Positions 1 to 10,487 are shown, numbered from the stretch's first letter. The stretch is 32,000 nucleotides of DNA from Microcystis aeruginosa NIES-2549 (GCF_000981785.2 NZ_CP011304.1:30001-62000); one strand, 5' to 3'. Numbers and translations are program-made. Notes: generated by a model not told the origin, from the letters alone.

Positions 1-263
1 ATATATTAGTTTGGGGGAGTTTACGCGGTGTGGCCCATGCGGGATTCCGCGGCGATCAAGCGGCAGTAATTATGGCCCTGCGAATCGATTTAACTCAACT
101 GAGGATCGCGGAATTAGTGGCACGGGCCCCAGCTTTAGACAGCGATCGCATGGAACCAGAAATTGCCTGTATCAGCGAAGGAGGAATTCGCATCATTGGG
201 GCTTATAATTTTTCCAGAACCTACACCTTTAAAGATCAAGTTGGATGGGTCGAAAAAAGGTGA
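1..263 (+). CDS. minC: Septum site-determining protein MinC, C-terminal part (5' end lies outside the window)
   Basis: Frame 3 is open from the window edge (ILVWGSLRGVAHAGFRGDQAAVIMALRIDLTQLRIAELVARAP...). This resembles the conserved MinC C-terminal domain. It lies directly upstream of minD-minE. Stop TGA at 261-263. Confidence 0.8.
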   Translation, partial: ILVWGSLRGVAHAGFRGDQAAVIMALRIDLTQLRIAELVARAPALDSDRMEPEIACISEGGIRIIGAYNFSRTYTFKDQVGWVEKR

Positions 264-438
264 TCAGTGACCGGTAAACAGTGATCAGTAAACGGTGATT
301 CAGTGACCAGTAAACATAGGGATTAACTGCGTTGAAATGAAAAACTCTATCAAACCAATAACTGATAACTGATAACTGATAACTGATAACCAGTAACTGA
401 TAGCTGATAACTGATAACTGATAACTGATAACTGATAT
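264..438. repeat. Composite intergenic repeat: CAGTRAN-type heptads (264-315), 39-nt core (316-354), then an (ATAACTG) array of 11 units (358-434; 8 perfect, 3 variant)
   Basis: Read directly from the sequence. The array ends 9 nt before the minD ATG. An inverted copy lies at 1877-2020. Confidence 0.95.
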
Positions 439-443
439 AAATT

Positions 444-1244
444 ATGGCTCGTGTAATTGTGGTGACATCGGGAAAGGGAGGAGTCGGTAAAACGACGGTA
501 ACGGCGAACTTAGGTTCAGCCTTATCTCAATTAGGCTGTCGAGTCGCCCTTGTCGATGCCGATTTCGGACTGAGAAATCTCGATTTATTGTTAGGATTAG
601 AACAGCGTATCGTTTATACTGCCCTCGATGTGGTGGCGGGAGATTGTAGCCTTGATAAAGCTTTAGTTAAGGATAAAAGACAGGAAAATCTGGTACTATT
701 ACCGGCGGCACAAAATCGTACCAAAGAGGCAATTACTGCCGATCAAATGAAGGATTTAGTCGCCCAATTGTCAAAAAGTTATGATTATGTATTGATTGAT
801 TGCCCGGCAGGAATTGAAATGGGTTTTCGCAATGCGATCGCCGCTGCCCAGGAAGCGATCATAGTTACTACCCCAGAAATGTCGGCAGTGAGAGATGCCG
901 ATCGAGTGGTGGGATTACTAGAAAGCGAGGATATTAAAAGTATCCGTCTGATTGTCAACCGGCTGCGGCCGGAAATGATTCAACTCAACCAGATGATCAG
1001 CGTCGAGGATATTCTCGACCTCTTGGTAATTCCCCTGCTGGGGATTATTCCCGACGATCAAAGAATTATTATTTCCACTAATAAAGGGGAACCATTAGTA
1101 TTAGAGGAGAAGACTTCTCTCCCTTCTATGGCCTTTAGAAACATTGCCCAACGTTTACAGGGTCGCGATGTGCCGTTTCTAGATTTAATGGCCGGTCAGG
1201 AAGGTTTTCTTACCCGTCTGCGTCGTCGCTTATTTGGGCCTTAA
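444..1244 (+). CDS. minD: Septum site-determining ATPase MinD
   Basis: 266 aa with a deviant Walker A (GKGGVGKTT) and full-length MinD-like sequence. ATG start; minE follows. Confidence 0.97.
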   Translation: MARVIVVTSGKGGVGKTTVTANLGSALSQLGCRVALVDADFGLRNLDLLLGLEQRIVYTALDVVAGDCSLDKALVKDKRQENLVLLPAAQNRTKEAITADQMKDLVAQLSKSYDYVLIDCPAGIEMGFRNAIAAAQEAIIVTTPEMSAVRDADRVVGLLESEDIKSIRLIVNRLRPEMIQLNQMISVEDILDLLVIPLLGIIPDDQRIIISTNKGEPLVLEEKTSLPSMAFRNIAQRLQGRDVPFLDLMAGQEGFLTRLRRRLFGP

Positions 1245-1273
1245 ACTCTCTCATCTCAACCCCTTAACCTACT

Positions 1274-1549
1274 ATGAATGACCTGATCGATAAACTTCTC
1301 GCATGGCGCGGTTCGGGCAAAAGTGGCGACCAAGCTAAAAAACGCTTAAAACTCATTCTAGCCCATGATCGCGCCGATCTTAGTCCCGAAATTCTCAATA
1401 TGATGCGTCAAGAAATCTTAGAAGTGGTCAGTCGTTATCTTGATATCGACACCGAGGAAACCGAGTTACTCTTAGAAAGTGACCAACGAACTACCGCCCT
1501 GATTGCTAATTTTCCGATTCGTCGCATTAAACGCCGTCCTTTAACCTAG
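1274..1549 (+). CDS. minE: Cell division topological specificity factor MinE
   Basis: 91 aa with the typical MinE motif (KKRLKLILAHDR...), 29 nt downstream of minD. Confidence 0.95.
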   Translation: MNDLIDKLLAWRGSGKSGDQAKKRLKLILAHDRADLSPEILNMMRQEILEVVSRYLDIDTEETELLLESDQRTTALIANFPIRRIKRRPLT

Positions 1550-1557
1550 AAATTGCC

Positions 1558-1746
1558 ATGAAAACTAAACCGATCGAGCTTTGGCTTAGTCTAGCGGTTA
1601 GTCCCTTTCTTCTCTCCTATTTAGCCCTGCGTTCCCTCAATCATTGGTTAATGGAATTAGGCCGGGAAAGTGAGGAAGTGTTTCGGGGCGATCGCTTGCC
1701 GCTGCTCAATATTCCCGATCAGTTACCGGTCAACAGTGACCAATAA
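1558..1746 (+). CDS. Hypothetical small membrane protein (62 aa)
   Basis: ATG lies 8 nt after the minE stop. One predicted TM helix (LWLSLAVSPFLLSYLAL). No recognisable family and no clear SD. Confidence 0.35.
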   Translation: MKTKPIELWLSLAVSPFLLSYLALRSLNHWLMELGRESEEVFRGDRLPLLNIPDQLPVNSDQ

Positions 1747-1876
1747 TCCAAGAAAAAAGTGCTTTTGCCCCCTGAAAAGAGGCAATAATAGTGAAATTTT
1801 TGTTAAAAATCGGAAAAACTGTGATTCTTTGGCATATAATCTCATTTCTGACAAACCCTAAGAACTAATCCCAATC

Positions 1877-2020
1877 GATCAGTTATCAGTGATCAGTTAT
1901 TGCTTTGATAGAGTTTTTCATTTCAAGGCAGTTAATCCCTATTTTCACTGATTACTGTTTACTGATTACTGATTACTGATTACTGTTTACTGTTTACTGT
2001 TTACTGATTACTGATTAGTG
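1877..2020. repeat. Inverted copy of the composite heptad/core repeat: CAGTTATC-type heptads, core 1904-1942, then a (CTGATTA/CTGTTTA) array
   Basis: Core 1904-1942 is the reverse complement of 316-354 with 1 mismatch in 39. The flanking heptad arrays are also in mirrored order. The element ends 5 nt before the ppc ATG. Confidence 0.9.
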
Positions 2021-2025
2021 AAATT

Positions 2026-5000
2026 ATGAGCGTCCTTGTCCCCTCAACCGAAACCGAACAGGATATTTTCAGTACTTCCAACCTGTTTCTGCAGCAAAGA
2101 CTGAAATTAATCGAAGATTTATGGAAAGAAGTCTTGGTCTCCGAATGTGGTCAAGAATTAGTGGATTTACTGGAATTACTGCGCCATCTCTGTTCTGAGG
2201 AAGGACAAGTGACCGATGATAGTGCGGAGGCAACGATCGCCAAAATGATCGAAGACTTGGAACTAGGGGAAGCGATCAAAGTTACCCGGGCTTTTGCCCT
2301 CTATTTCCAGTTAATCAATATTATTGAACAACACTACGAACAAAGGGCTCAGCAACTACTGCGACGGACGGTGATCGGGGAAGAAAACGAAAGTCCCAAG
2401 GCGGGCCCACCGCAAAAAAGCCTTTTAGCCACCATTGTCGGGGCCGATTGGCTGGAAAAAACCCTAAACGAGTCCGATAACTCCAGCCCAAAATCGGGAC
2501 TATTTCACTGGTTATTTCCCTATCTCAAACAGGTTAACGTCCCCCCCCAAGAAATCCAGCGTCTTCTCGATCAGTTAGATATCCGTCTGGTTTTTACGGC
2601 CCACCCCACGGAAATTGTCCGTCACACCATTCGCATTAAACAGCGCCGCATTTCGGGTATTCTCGAAAAACTCGACCAAGCAGAGGAAATCTTTCGCAGC
2701 ATGGGGTTAACTAACTCCAGAGAAGCACAAACAGTCACCAAACAGTTAAAAGAAGAAATACGTTTTTGGTGGCGAACAGATGAACTACATCAATTTAAAC
2801 CCACCGTCGTCGATGAGGTGGATTATGCTCTGCACTACTTCGATGAGGTTCTCTTCGATTCCCTACCCCAGTTAACCCTACGTCTGCAGCAAAGTCTACA
2901 ATCCTCCTTTCCCCGTTTACAGGCGCCGAAAAATAACTTCTGTCGCTTCGGTTCTTGGGTGGGGGGGGATCGGGATGGCAATCCCTCCGTTACCCCCGAA
3001 GTCACCTGGAAAACCTGCTGTTATCAGCGCAATCTCGTTATTAAAAAATATCTCGATGCTATTCACGACCTGACCAGTATTTTAAGCGCCTCCCTGCACT
3101 GGTGTCACGTCTTGCCGGAGTTGCTGGACTCCCTGGACAGAGATAAACAGCAAATGCCCGAAATCTATAGCCAGTTAGCCATCCGCTACCGTCAGGAACC
3201 CTATCGCCTCAAATTAGCCTTTATTCAAAAACGTCTGGAAAATACGCGCGATCGCAATAATCGCCTTAATGACCCGGAAGAACGACAATTATTAACTAAA
3301 CTCAACGAAACCAACATCTATCGCTCTGGTTCCGAGTTTTTAGCCGAATTAAAGTTATTACAGCGCAGTCTCTTGCAAACCGGTCTTTCCTGTCAAGAAC
3401 TGGATCAACTGATCGCCCAAGTAGAGATTTTTGGCTTTGTCCTAACTCAGTTAGATTTTCGGCAAGAATCCACCCGTCACGCCGAATGTATCGAAGAAAT
3501 CGCCGCATATCTGGGAGTTTTACCGAAACCCTACGGCAAATTAACCGAATCAGAAAAAATCGCCTGGTTAGTGGAGGAATTAAAAACCCGTCGGCCCTTA
3601 ATTCCCCGGGAAATGCCCTTCTCGGAAAGAACCTGCGAAACCATTGAAACCCTGCGAGTTTTAAGAAGTCTGCAAGGGGAATTCGGTTTGGACATCTGCC
3701 AAACCTACATTATCAGCATGACCAACGAGGCCAGCGATGTGCTAGAAGTGCTGTTATTAGCCCAAGAAGCCGGTTTATACGACCCCGCCACTAGCCGCAG
3801 TTCCCTCCGCATCGTTCCCCTCTTTGAAACCGTCGATGACCTCAAACACGCCCCCGGCATCATGCAGACTTTGTTTGAATTGCCCCTCTACCGGGCAGCC
3901 CTAGCCGGCGGTTACGACCATTTAGCGGCTTTAAACGGGGAGGACGTGACCCCGGAACCGGCGATCCTCGAACCGGGTAATTTACAGGAGATTATGGTCG
4001 GTTACTCCGATAGTAACAAGGATTCTGGCTTTTTAAGCAGTAATTGGGAAATTCATAAGGCCCAGAAGGCTTTACAAAAAACCGCTAAACAATACGGCGT
4101 GGATCTACGTCTTTTTCATGGCCGGGGCGGTTCCGTCGGTCGCGGTGGGGGTCCGGCCTACGCCGCTATCCTCGCCCAACCCCGGGGAACTATTAACGGT
4201 CGCATTAAAATCACCGAACAGGGCGAGGTTTTAGCCTCGAAATACTCTTTACCGGAATTGGCCTTGTATAACCTCGAAACCGCCGTAACGGCAGTTATAC
4301 AGGCAAGTTTACTGGGCAGTGGTTTCGATGATCTCGAACCCTGGAATCGCATCATGGAGGACTTGGCCACCTGTTCACGGCAAACCTATCGCAGTTTGAT
4401 TTATGAAGAACCGGACTTTTTAGACTTCTTTCTGTCTGTAACTCCCATTCCTGAAATTAGTCTTTTACAGATTAGTTCCCGACCGGCCCGCCGGAAAAGT
4501 GGTCAACAGGATTTAAGTACCCTGCGGGCAATTCCCTGGGTGTTTAGTTGGACGCAAACTCGTTTTCTTTTACCGGCTTGGTATGGTTTAGGGACAGCTT
4601 TACAGATGTTTCTCGATGATTCTCCTAGCAGAAATTTGGAATTGTTACGTCATTTTTATCACAAGTGGCCTTTCTTCCAGATGGTGATTTCTAAGGCAGA
4701 AATGACTTTATCAAAGGTGGATCTACAGATGGCCTATCACTACGTCAGTGAACTTTCTAAACAGGAAGATCGAGAACGTTTTGAACGTCTGTTTGAAAGG
4801 ATCAAAGAGGAATATAATCGCACCAGCGAGATTGTTCTCCAGATCACCGGCGAGAAAAATTTATTAGATAATGATCCGAATTTACAGCGCTCGGTGCAGT
4901 TACGCAACGGTTCGATCGTTCCCCTCGGGTTCCTACAGGTGTCTCTCCTGAAGCGTTTACGTCAATACAATAGTCAAGCCCAATCCGGTGTGATTCATTT

Positions 5001-5082
5001 CCGCTATTCTAAAGAGGAGTTATTAAGGGGCGCTTTAATGACGATTAATGGTATTGCCGCAGGGATGAGAAATACCGGTTGA
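2026..5082 (+). CDS. ppc: Phosphoenolpyruvate carboxylase
   Basis: 1018 aa with the hallmark motifs [32 protein letters not shown] and C-terminal ...GMRNTG. Confidence 0.97.
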   Translation: MSVLVPSTETEQDIFSTSNLFLQQRLKLIEDLWKEVLVSECGQELVDLLELLRHLCSEEGQVTDDSAEATIAKMIEDLELGEAIKVTRAFALYFQLINIIEQHYEQRAQQLLRRTVIGEENESPKAGPPQKSLLATIVGADWLEKTLNESDNSSPKSGLFHWLFPYLKQVNVPPQEIQRLLDQLDIRLVFTAHPTEIVRHTIRIKQRRISGILEKLDQAEEIFRSMGLTNSREAQTVTKQLKEEIRFWWRTDELHQFKPTVVDEVDYALHYFDEVLFDSLPQLTLRLQQSLQSSFPRLQAPKNNFCRFGSWVGGDRDGNPSVTPEVTWKTCCYQRNLVIKKYLDAIHDLTSILSASLHWCHVLPELLDSLDRDKQQMPEIYSQLAIRYRQEPYRLKLAFIQKRLENTRDRNNRLNDPEERQLLTKLNETNIYRSGSEFLAELKLLQRSLLQTGLSCQELDQLIAQVEIFGFVLTQLDFRQESTRHAECIEEIAAYLGVLPKPYGKLTESEKIAWLVEELKTRRPLIPREMPFSERTCETIETLRVLRSLQGEFGLDICQTYIISMTNEASDVLEVLLLAQEAGLYDPATSRSSLRIVPLFETVDDLKHAPGIMQTLFELPLYRAALAGGYDHLAALNGEDVTPEPAILEPGNLQEIMVGYSDSNKDSGFLSSNWEIHKAQKALQKTAKQYGVDLRLFHGRGGSVGRGGGPAYAAILAQPRGTINGRIKITEQGEVLASKYSLPELALYNLETAVTAVIQASLLGSGFDDLEPWNRIMEDLATCSRQTYRSLIYEEPDFLDFFLSVTPIPEISLLQISSRPARRKSGQQDLSTLRAIPWVFSWTQTRFLLPAWYGLGTALQMFLDDSPSRNLELLRHFYHKWPFFQMVISKAEMTLSKVDLQMAYHYVSELSKQEDRERFERLFERIKEEYNRTSEIVLQITGEKNLLDNDPNLQRSVQLRNGSIVPLGFLQVSLLKRLRQYNSQAQSGVIHFRYSKEELLRGALMTINGIAAGMRNTG

Positions 5083-5107
5083 TTACAGATAATTAATGGT
5101 AGTTTTC

Positions 5108-5142
5108 GGGTGGTTATCTTGAAGGTAATCCCCCTATTTTTT
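5108..5142 (+). terminator. Candidate intrinsic terminator of ppc
   Basis: Stem GGGUGGUUAUC (5108-5118) pairs with GGUAAUCCCCC (5124-5134): 10 of 11 pairs counting G-U. Loop is UUGAA, followed by UAUUUUUU. Confidence 0.5.
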
Positions 5143-5448
5143 GGAGTTGTCAACTTTTTGTAGAACTTCTACTAAGTTGTTATTTTTAAAGGGAAAATCA
5201 CCGCTAAAATTGGGCTTTATTGCCGATTTTATCACTCAATACCCACCCGGAAGGATTCTACTGGTTAATATTACTATTATCTATTAACTAAAAATGAATA
5301 TTTTACCGCTAATAGTTGACAATCGACGATCGATCCCGAAGAGAAGCAATTAAGCTCACCGGTGTGTCGGAAGATTAGAGATTGTGCCAAAATGGAGAAA
5401 GTGACCGAATGATTACAGGTAAATTGTTAAAGAAAGGATCGAGTAACC

Positions 5449-6732
5449 GTGACTGATACGAACTTAGATATACTATCCCTGACCGATCCAGCGATCGCAG
5501 GGATTTTGCAAAAAGAACTGCAACGTCAAAGAGATCACCTAGAATTAATCGCTAGTGAAAACTTCACCTCGGCTGCCGTCATGGCCGCCCAAGGTTCGGT
5601 TTTAACCAACAAATACGCGGAAGGACTGCCAAAAAAACGCTACTATGGCGGTTGCGAATACATTGATGAAGCGGAACAATTAGCGATCGATCGGGTTAAA
5701 CGACTATTTGGGGCAAACCACGCTAACGTACAACCCCACTCCGGGGCCCAAGCTAATTTCGCCGTTTTCCTGACCCTCTTGCAGCCAGGCGATACGATTA
5801 TGGGCATGGATCTCTCCCACGGTGGTCATCTTACCCACGGTTCCCCCGTTAACGTTTCCGGGAAATGGTTCCGAGTGGTACAGTACGGAGTAAGTCCCGA
5901 AAGCGAACGCCTTGACTACGATCTCATCCTTGACATCGCCCGCAAAGAAAAACCAAAACTAATTATCTGCGGTTATTCTGCCTACTCGCGCCGGATTGAT
6001 TTCGAGAAATTCCGCGCCATCGCTGACGAAGTGGGGGCCTACCTGATGGCAGATATCGCCCATATTGCCGGTTTAGTGGCCACTGGTCATCATCCTAACC
6101 CCCTACCCTACTGTGATGTGGTAACTACCACCACTCACAAAACTCTGCGCGGTCCTAGGGGGGGGTTAATTATGACCAAAGACGAGGAATTAGGCAAAAA
6201 ATTCGATAAATCCGTCTTCCCCGGTACCCAAGGCGGACCCCTAGAACACGTGGTCGCGGCAAAAGCAGTGGCTTTTGGGGAGGCCCTGAAACCAGAGTTT
6301 AAAATCTATTCGGGCCAAGTAATCGCTAATGCCCAAGCTTTAGCCGGTCAGTTGAAGGCTAGAGGGATTAAAATTGTCACTGATGGTACGGATAATCACT
6401 TGATGTTACTCGATTTAAGATCCGTGGGCATGACTGGGAAAGAAGCCGATCGCTTGGTCAGTACCATCAATATTACCGCTAATAAAAATACTGTTCCCTT
6501 CGATCCCGAGTCTCCCTTTGTCACCAGTGGTCTGCGCTTGGGTTCCCCGGCTATGACCACCAGAGGACTAGGAGAAACGGAATTTATCGAGATTGGCAAC
6601 ATTATCGCCGATATTCTCCTTAATCCAGGGGATGAAGCCCTGAGAACTGCTTGCCGTCAACGGGTAGCAAAACTCTGTGAAAGCTTCCCCCTCTATCCCC
6701 ATCTCCATATTTCCGTCCCCGCCTTGGCCTAA
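5449..6732 (+). CDS. glyA: Serine hydroxymethyltransferase
   Basis: 427 aa with LELIASENF and the PLP-lysine motif [17 protein letters not shown] start gives MTDTNLD..., like cyanobacterial GlyA N-termini. Confidence 0.97.
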   Translation: MTDTNLDILSLTDPAIAGILQKELQRQRDHLELIASENFTSAAVMAAQGSVLTNKYAEGLPKKRYYGGCEYIDEAEQLAIDRVKRLFGANHANVQPHSGAQANFAVFLTLLQPGDTIMGMDLSHGGHLTHGSPVNVSGKWFRVVQYGVSPESERLDYDLILDIARKEKPKLIICGYSAYSRRIDFEKFRAIADEVGAYLMADIAHIAGLVATGHHPNPLPYCDVVTTTTHKTLRGPRGGLIMTKDEELGKKFDKSVFPGTQGGPLEHVVAAKAVAFGEALKPEFKIYSGQVIANAQALAGQLKARGIKIVTDGTDNHLMLLDLRSVGMTGKEADRLVSTINITANKNTVPFDPESPFVTSGLRLGSPAMTTRGLGETEFIEIGNIIADILLNPGDEALRTACRQRVAKLCESFPLYPHLHISVPALA

Positions 6733-6810
6733 AACGAGAGATAATAAAAACTCATAATTGGTGATTGCCTGTCAGTTGCCAATTGTGAATTAAATCGCCC
6801 CCCAATTCCC

Positions 6811-7875
6811 ATGTCCGGAGATTTATACTATCTAATTGCCTTTCTGATCGCCCATACCGTGGTACTTTGGAGTACCCCCCTCGTCAGAACCGTCGGACTG
6901 AAAAGCGGTTACGTCGATAAACCCAACGAAAGGAAGGTCCATGAAAAGCCTATGGTTCGACTGGGGGGAGTTTCGATCTTTATCGGCGCTTTAACTGCCC
7001 TCCTGATTGTTTGGTGGTTGGGAGGGTTTGCTGGTTTAAACAGCGATCGAGAATGGGAAGTGTGGGGCGTAACCCTAGGCGGTTTGGGCTTTTTTCTCAT
7101 CGGTCTAGCGGATGATCTTTTTAATCTTTCGCCCCTCAATCGTCTGGTAATGCAGTTTAGCGTCGCTTTTCTAGCTTGGCAAGCCGGCGTTAGGATCGAT
7201 TTCCTCTCTATTCCCTTCGGCGATTTATTACAAATTCATTGGCTAAGTTTACCGATTACTCTCCTCTGGTTAGTGGGGATGGCTAATGCGATTAACTGGA
7301 TTGACGGTTTAGATGGATTAGCGGCGGGGGTTTCGGGTATATCTGCCGTGGTGATTTTGATTGTAACTTTGGTGATGGGACAACCGGCCGCCGCTATTAT
7401 CGCCGCTGCTTTAGCGGGTGGGGCCTTGGGTTTTCTGCGTTACAATTTTAACCCCGCCCAAATTTTTATGGGGGATGGTGGGGCCTATTTTATGGGTTTT
7501 ACCCTGGCGGGTGTGGCGGTGATTGGATTGGCTAAAACTACTGCTGTGACTACTGTTGCCGTTACCGCCGTCCTATTACCCTATCTCATCCTCGCGGTTC
7601 CTCTCCTCGATATGTCCACGGTGATTATTTCCCGTCTCAAACGCGGAAAATCCCCTTTTGTGGCTGATAAACGTCATTTACACCACCGTTTACTGAAAGC
7701 GGGTATCTCTCACCGTCTGACAGTATTATTTATCTACTCCCTAACTCTCTGGGTGGGCAGTTTAGCCCTCGGTTTCTCCAATGTTCCCAGTGGTTGGGGT
7801 TTTGCCTTTGGTGCGACTCTCCTCCTCGGTTACGTCGGTTGGCAAGTCTGGCGCAATCGTGGCAGTGAACCGTAA
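6811..7875 (+). CDS. Glycosyltransferase family 4 (MraY/WecA-type polyprenyl-phosphate HexNAc-1-phosphate transferase)
   Basis: 354 aa, polytopic membrane protein. Motifs DDLFNLSP and NAINWIDGLDGLA are typical of the MraY/WecA family. Confidence 0.9.
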   Translation: MSGDLYYLIAFLIAHTVVLWSTPLVRTVGLKSGYVDKPNERKVHEKPMVRLGGVSIFIGALTALLIVWWLGGFAGLNSDREWEVWGVTLGGLGFFLIGLADDLFNLSPLNRLVMQFSVAFLAWQAGVRIDFLSIPFGDLLQIHWLSLPITLLWLVGMANAINWIDGLDGLAAGVSGISAVVILIVTLVMGQPAAAIIAAALAGGALGFLRYNFNPAQIFMGDGGAYFMGFTLAGVAVIGLAKTTAVTTVAVTAVLLPYLILAVPLLDMSTVIISRLKRGKSPFVADKRHLHHRLLKAGISHRLTVLFIYSLTLWVGSLALGFSNVPSGWGFAFGATLLLGYVGWQVWRNRGSEP

Positions 7876-7940
7876 GCCGTCTTAAAGTCGTCAGCTATCA
7901 GCTTTTTTCTGCGGATATCCCTTCGGCATCCAGTTTGTCA

Positions 7941-8273
7941 CTATGAGAGAGCAAGCAATGATGAATTTTTATCTTGATAAAATAATTTGATTCTACTGAA
8001 CTCTCGACGCAGTAAATTTTCAACTTGTAAAGTAGAACAGTTTCCTAGTCTCAACCAGATGACTTTGGGAGGATTCCCAAACACTAAACTTAGATCGTGC
8101 ATATCGGCATCTTTTGAGACAATCATCAAATCATTATCTTTGGCATAATTCCAAACTATCGGGTCTATTGTTGCTTTCATCCCTACATCCCGAACATGAA
8201 GCGAGTCTGGAAAAATATCGCTCAAACGGGTAGATAATTTAGGGGATAAGTTTTCATCAAATAGTAATTTCAT
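7941..8273 (-). CDS. DUF5615-family PIN-like (Mut7-C type) putative toxin
   Basis: N-terminus MKLLFDENLSPKL... and ...IVSKDADM... match the DUF5615 pattern. The ATG at 8273 is preferred over the TTG at 8282 used by the ORF track. It starts 5 nt after the DUF433 stop. Confidence 0.8.
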   Translation of the reverse strand: MKLLFDENLSPKLSTRLSDIFPDSLHVRDVGMKATIDPIVWNYAKDNDLMIVSKDADMHDLSLVFGNPPKVIWLRLGNCSTLQVENLLRREFSRIKLFYQDKNSSLLALS

Positions 8274-8278
8274 GCTGA

Positions 8279-8500
8279 TCAAGTCGAAATCATTAACCGA
8301 CGTTCACGATCAGCCGCATAAGCAATACAAGCCTTTAAATCTTCTCGCGTCAGGTCGGGAAAATCCTCAAGAATTTCTTCTTCTGTCATTTCCGAAGCTA
8401 GGTATTCAAGCACTTCATAAACTGTGATTCGCAAGCCACGCACACAAGGCTTACCACCACGTTTATTGGGTTCAATTGTTATATAGTCTCTGTAATTCAT
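8279..8500 (-). CDS. DUF433 domain protein (putative antitoxin partner)
   Basis: 73 aa with the characteristic DUF433 motif GGKPCVRGLRITVYEVLEYL. Paired with DUF5615 as is usual for this family. Confidence 0.85.
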   Translation of the reverse strand: MNYRDYITIEPNKRGGKPCVRGLRITVYEVLEYLASEMTEEEILEDFPDLTREDLKACIAYAADRERRLMIST

Positions 8501-8573
8501 GAGGTGACGAGGGCATTTTTATTAATTTTATGATACCATTTATTTCTGCTAAAAACAGTAGTTTTGGAAACAC

Positions 8574-10130
8574 TCAAGCTCTAATCACAGTAATTCTATA
8601 TTGATTTTCTGTCACCACAACTTCAGTGGATAATCTTTCTTCCATTGGTAAGGCATTTTTTCGCCTATCAAAGATAAATAACCAACCAAAATCTAAACCC
8701 AAACGCCCTAAATAAGATTCTAATTGTTCAATTCCGTCAGCTTGCGGATTGCGTTTTTTATCCCGCCATACTTTTAATTCAATCCCTAAAGTTACATCTT
8801 TATACTGCAAACATAAATCCATTCTGTCACTACCAATTGCATATTCCCTTTCTAAAACTCCTCCACCATTAACCACACGATGTAAAAAAGCCATTAATAC
8901 TATATGTGGAGCGATTTCATGATAACCAGTGCTACCTAATAACGGTTCTCCGTGCTGTCGCCAAAATTTGAGAAATGCTGTTAATAAAGCATCTATATTT
9001 AATTCACCTTTTGCTGTCAACCAACTAGGACTAATTAAAGGTAAACTGTCCTGAGTTCCTTGTACTAAAACACGGGGAATAACTTCACGATAAATGGGGT
9101 TAGAAATAACTAATCCCCCCATCGGATCACGTCGTAATAATCCTAAATCTATTAAATATTGCCTATCATCTGCTAGGGTATCGGGTAAGGTTTGCCCTGC
9201 TAAAATTGGTTCAATAATGTTTTTAACTCGTTTTTCTCTGAGTTTTTCCGCTAAACTATCTAAATGAGTATCCTGACGAGCTATTAATATTTCTTTGGCT
9301 GTTAAAATATGTTTTTTAGTAATAGTAATACTTCTATCTTTTACCATTTTTTCTACAATTTCTTTAGCTAAGGCATTGACTAGCCAAGGTTGTCCTTGGG
9401 TTAAATCAAACGCTGTTTCTATTGCTTCTGGTGTGAAAATTTGTCCAGTTGCTGCTGTATGCTGTTGATATAATTCTCCTACTTCTGCAAGATTAAAATT
9501 TCGCATGGTAAGAGAAGCAACTTTGATATTAAAAGGACTAGATGTATTTAATCTATCACTACCACCAGATGCTACTTTATAATCTCTCACATCTCGTAAA
9601 CCAATTAATCCTACAGATGAGGGAAAATTTTCAGGACGGTTAGGAAACCCATCTCTTAACTGTCGTAAAATAGAAATTAATGTTTGGTCTTGTAAAGAGT
9701 CAATTTCATCTATAAATAATACTATGGGACGATTTAAAGATGTTGCCCAACTTTGTAAAAAAGCCTTAATTCTATTTCCTGGTTCTTCCTGTTGCCATTG
9801 TTTAGCAGCTGGTTGCAATTCTTTAGGTAAGCGGATATTTATTGTATTATACCATGCCCCTAAAATTGCCAATTCTGCGGCAGCAGGATCATGATTAAAT
9901 GCACTTCCTACTTCCACTGATACCATGACTGCGGCATAATTTCCAGTATCGGTAAGTTGTTTTGCTAGGGCTAACATTGCGGTGGTTTTCCCCGTTTGTC
10001 GTGGTGCGTGAAGGACAAAGTAACTTTCTTGTTTAATTAAATCCTCTAAATCTGGTAATCGTACTGTGGGAGATAACATATAGTGGATATCGTCTTTACA
10101 GGGACCGGCAATATTAAACCAGCGAGTCAT
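8574..10130 (-). CDS. P-loop ATPase fused to a C-terminal PD-(D/E)XK nuclease-like domain
   Basis: 518 aa. Walker A HAPRQTGKTT (K48), Walker B VLFIDEID, and C-terminal EREYAIGSDRMDLCLQYKDVTLGIELKVW (E...D...ExK). The gene is visibly AT-rich. Confidence 0.8.
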   Translation of the reverse strand: MTRWFNIAGPCKDDIHYMLSPTVRLPDLEDLIKQESYFVLHAPRQTGKTTAMLALAKQLTDTGNYAAVMVSVEVGSAFNHDPAAAELAILGAWYNTINIRLPKELQPAAKQWQQEEPGNRIKAFLQSWATSLNRPIVLFIDEIDSLQDQTLISILRQLRDGFPNRPENFPSSVGLIGLRDVRDYKVASGGSDRLNTSSPFNIKVASLTMRNFNLAEVGELYQQHTAATGQIFTPEAIETAFDLTQGQPWLVNALAKEIVEKMVKDRSITITKKHILTAKEILIARQDTHLDSLAEKLREKRVKNIIEPILAGQTLPDTLADDRQYLIDLGLLRRDPMGGLVISNPIYREVIPRVLVQGTQDSLPLISPSWLTAKGELNIDALLTAFLKFWRQHGEPLLGSTGYHEIAPHIVLMAFLHRVVNGGGVLEREYAIGSDRMDLCLQYKDVTLGIELKVWRDKKRNPQADGIEQLESYLGRLGLDFGWLFIFDRRKNALPMEERLSTEVVVTENQYRITVIRA

Positions 10131-10338
10131 AGAATTTTATTATTTAGTGGACATTTTAATTTTAGATGATTTTGGTGGGGTTTGTAATGGCGGGAAGGAA
10201 GATGTGATGATCGGCAATACTTTGTTATGCTTGATTATGATCAATTATTGTTATATAAGGGAATAATACGCTGATTTTACGTTTGCTAAATCAGATACGG
10301 GCTGTTCAGCAAGAAAGTGGCATTTAATATACAAGACC

Positions 10339-10366
10339 TTGATTGTTGATAGCTTACTGGTATAAT
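10339..10366 (+). promoter_or_regulatory. Sigma70-type promoter candidate upstream of cinA
   Basis: TTGATT (10339-10344), 16-nt spacer, then a perfect TATAAT (10361-10366). About 120 nt upstream of the cinA ATG. Confidence 0.4.
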
Positions 10367-10487
10367 GTGAGAGCGCACTGATATGGTTAACTTCCATGAC
10401 CATCGTTACCTAAACCCGATCGAACGATGGTGACAGGAGATCAGTTAATGATAAAAATTGAAAATCTTAAGCTAATTGTCAAAAATT

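Noticed and set aside
11-263. Track ORFs 11..208 and 30..263 treated as separate genes, and the 1670..1861 ORF after minE.
   Set aside because: 30..263 is the tail of minC, whose frame is open to the window edge. 11..208 is an overlapping alternative frame. 1670..1861 overlaps the 62-aa ORF and runs into repeat sequence.
358-434. Regularly spaced repeats that could be mistaken for CRISPR, or for iterated Fur-box-like GATAAT hexamers.
   Set aside because: The unit is 7 nt with no spacers, so it is a microsatellite and not CRISPR. The Fur-box resemblance is 5/6 per unit with the wrong periodicity, and I cannot support it.
10476-10487. TTG- or GTG-extended N-termini proposed by the ORF track for cinA (10476), the dus gene (24332), DUF5615 (8282), Uma2 (18066) and the transposase (15489).
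   Set aside because: Internal ATGs a few codons downstream give the N-termini typical of each family (MAAEIICVGTELL, MAIYSSPLKIG, MKLLFDENL, MTVEVKFESW). The extensions add non-conserved residues.
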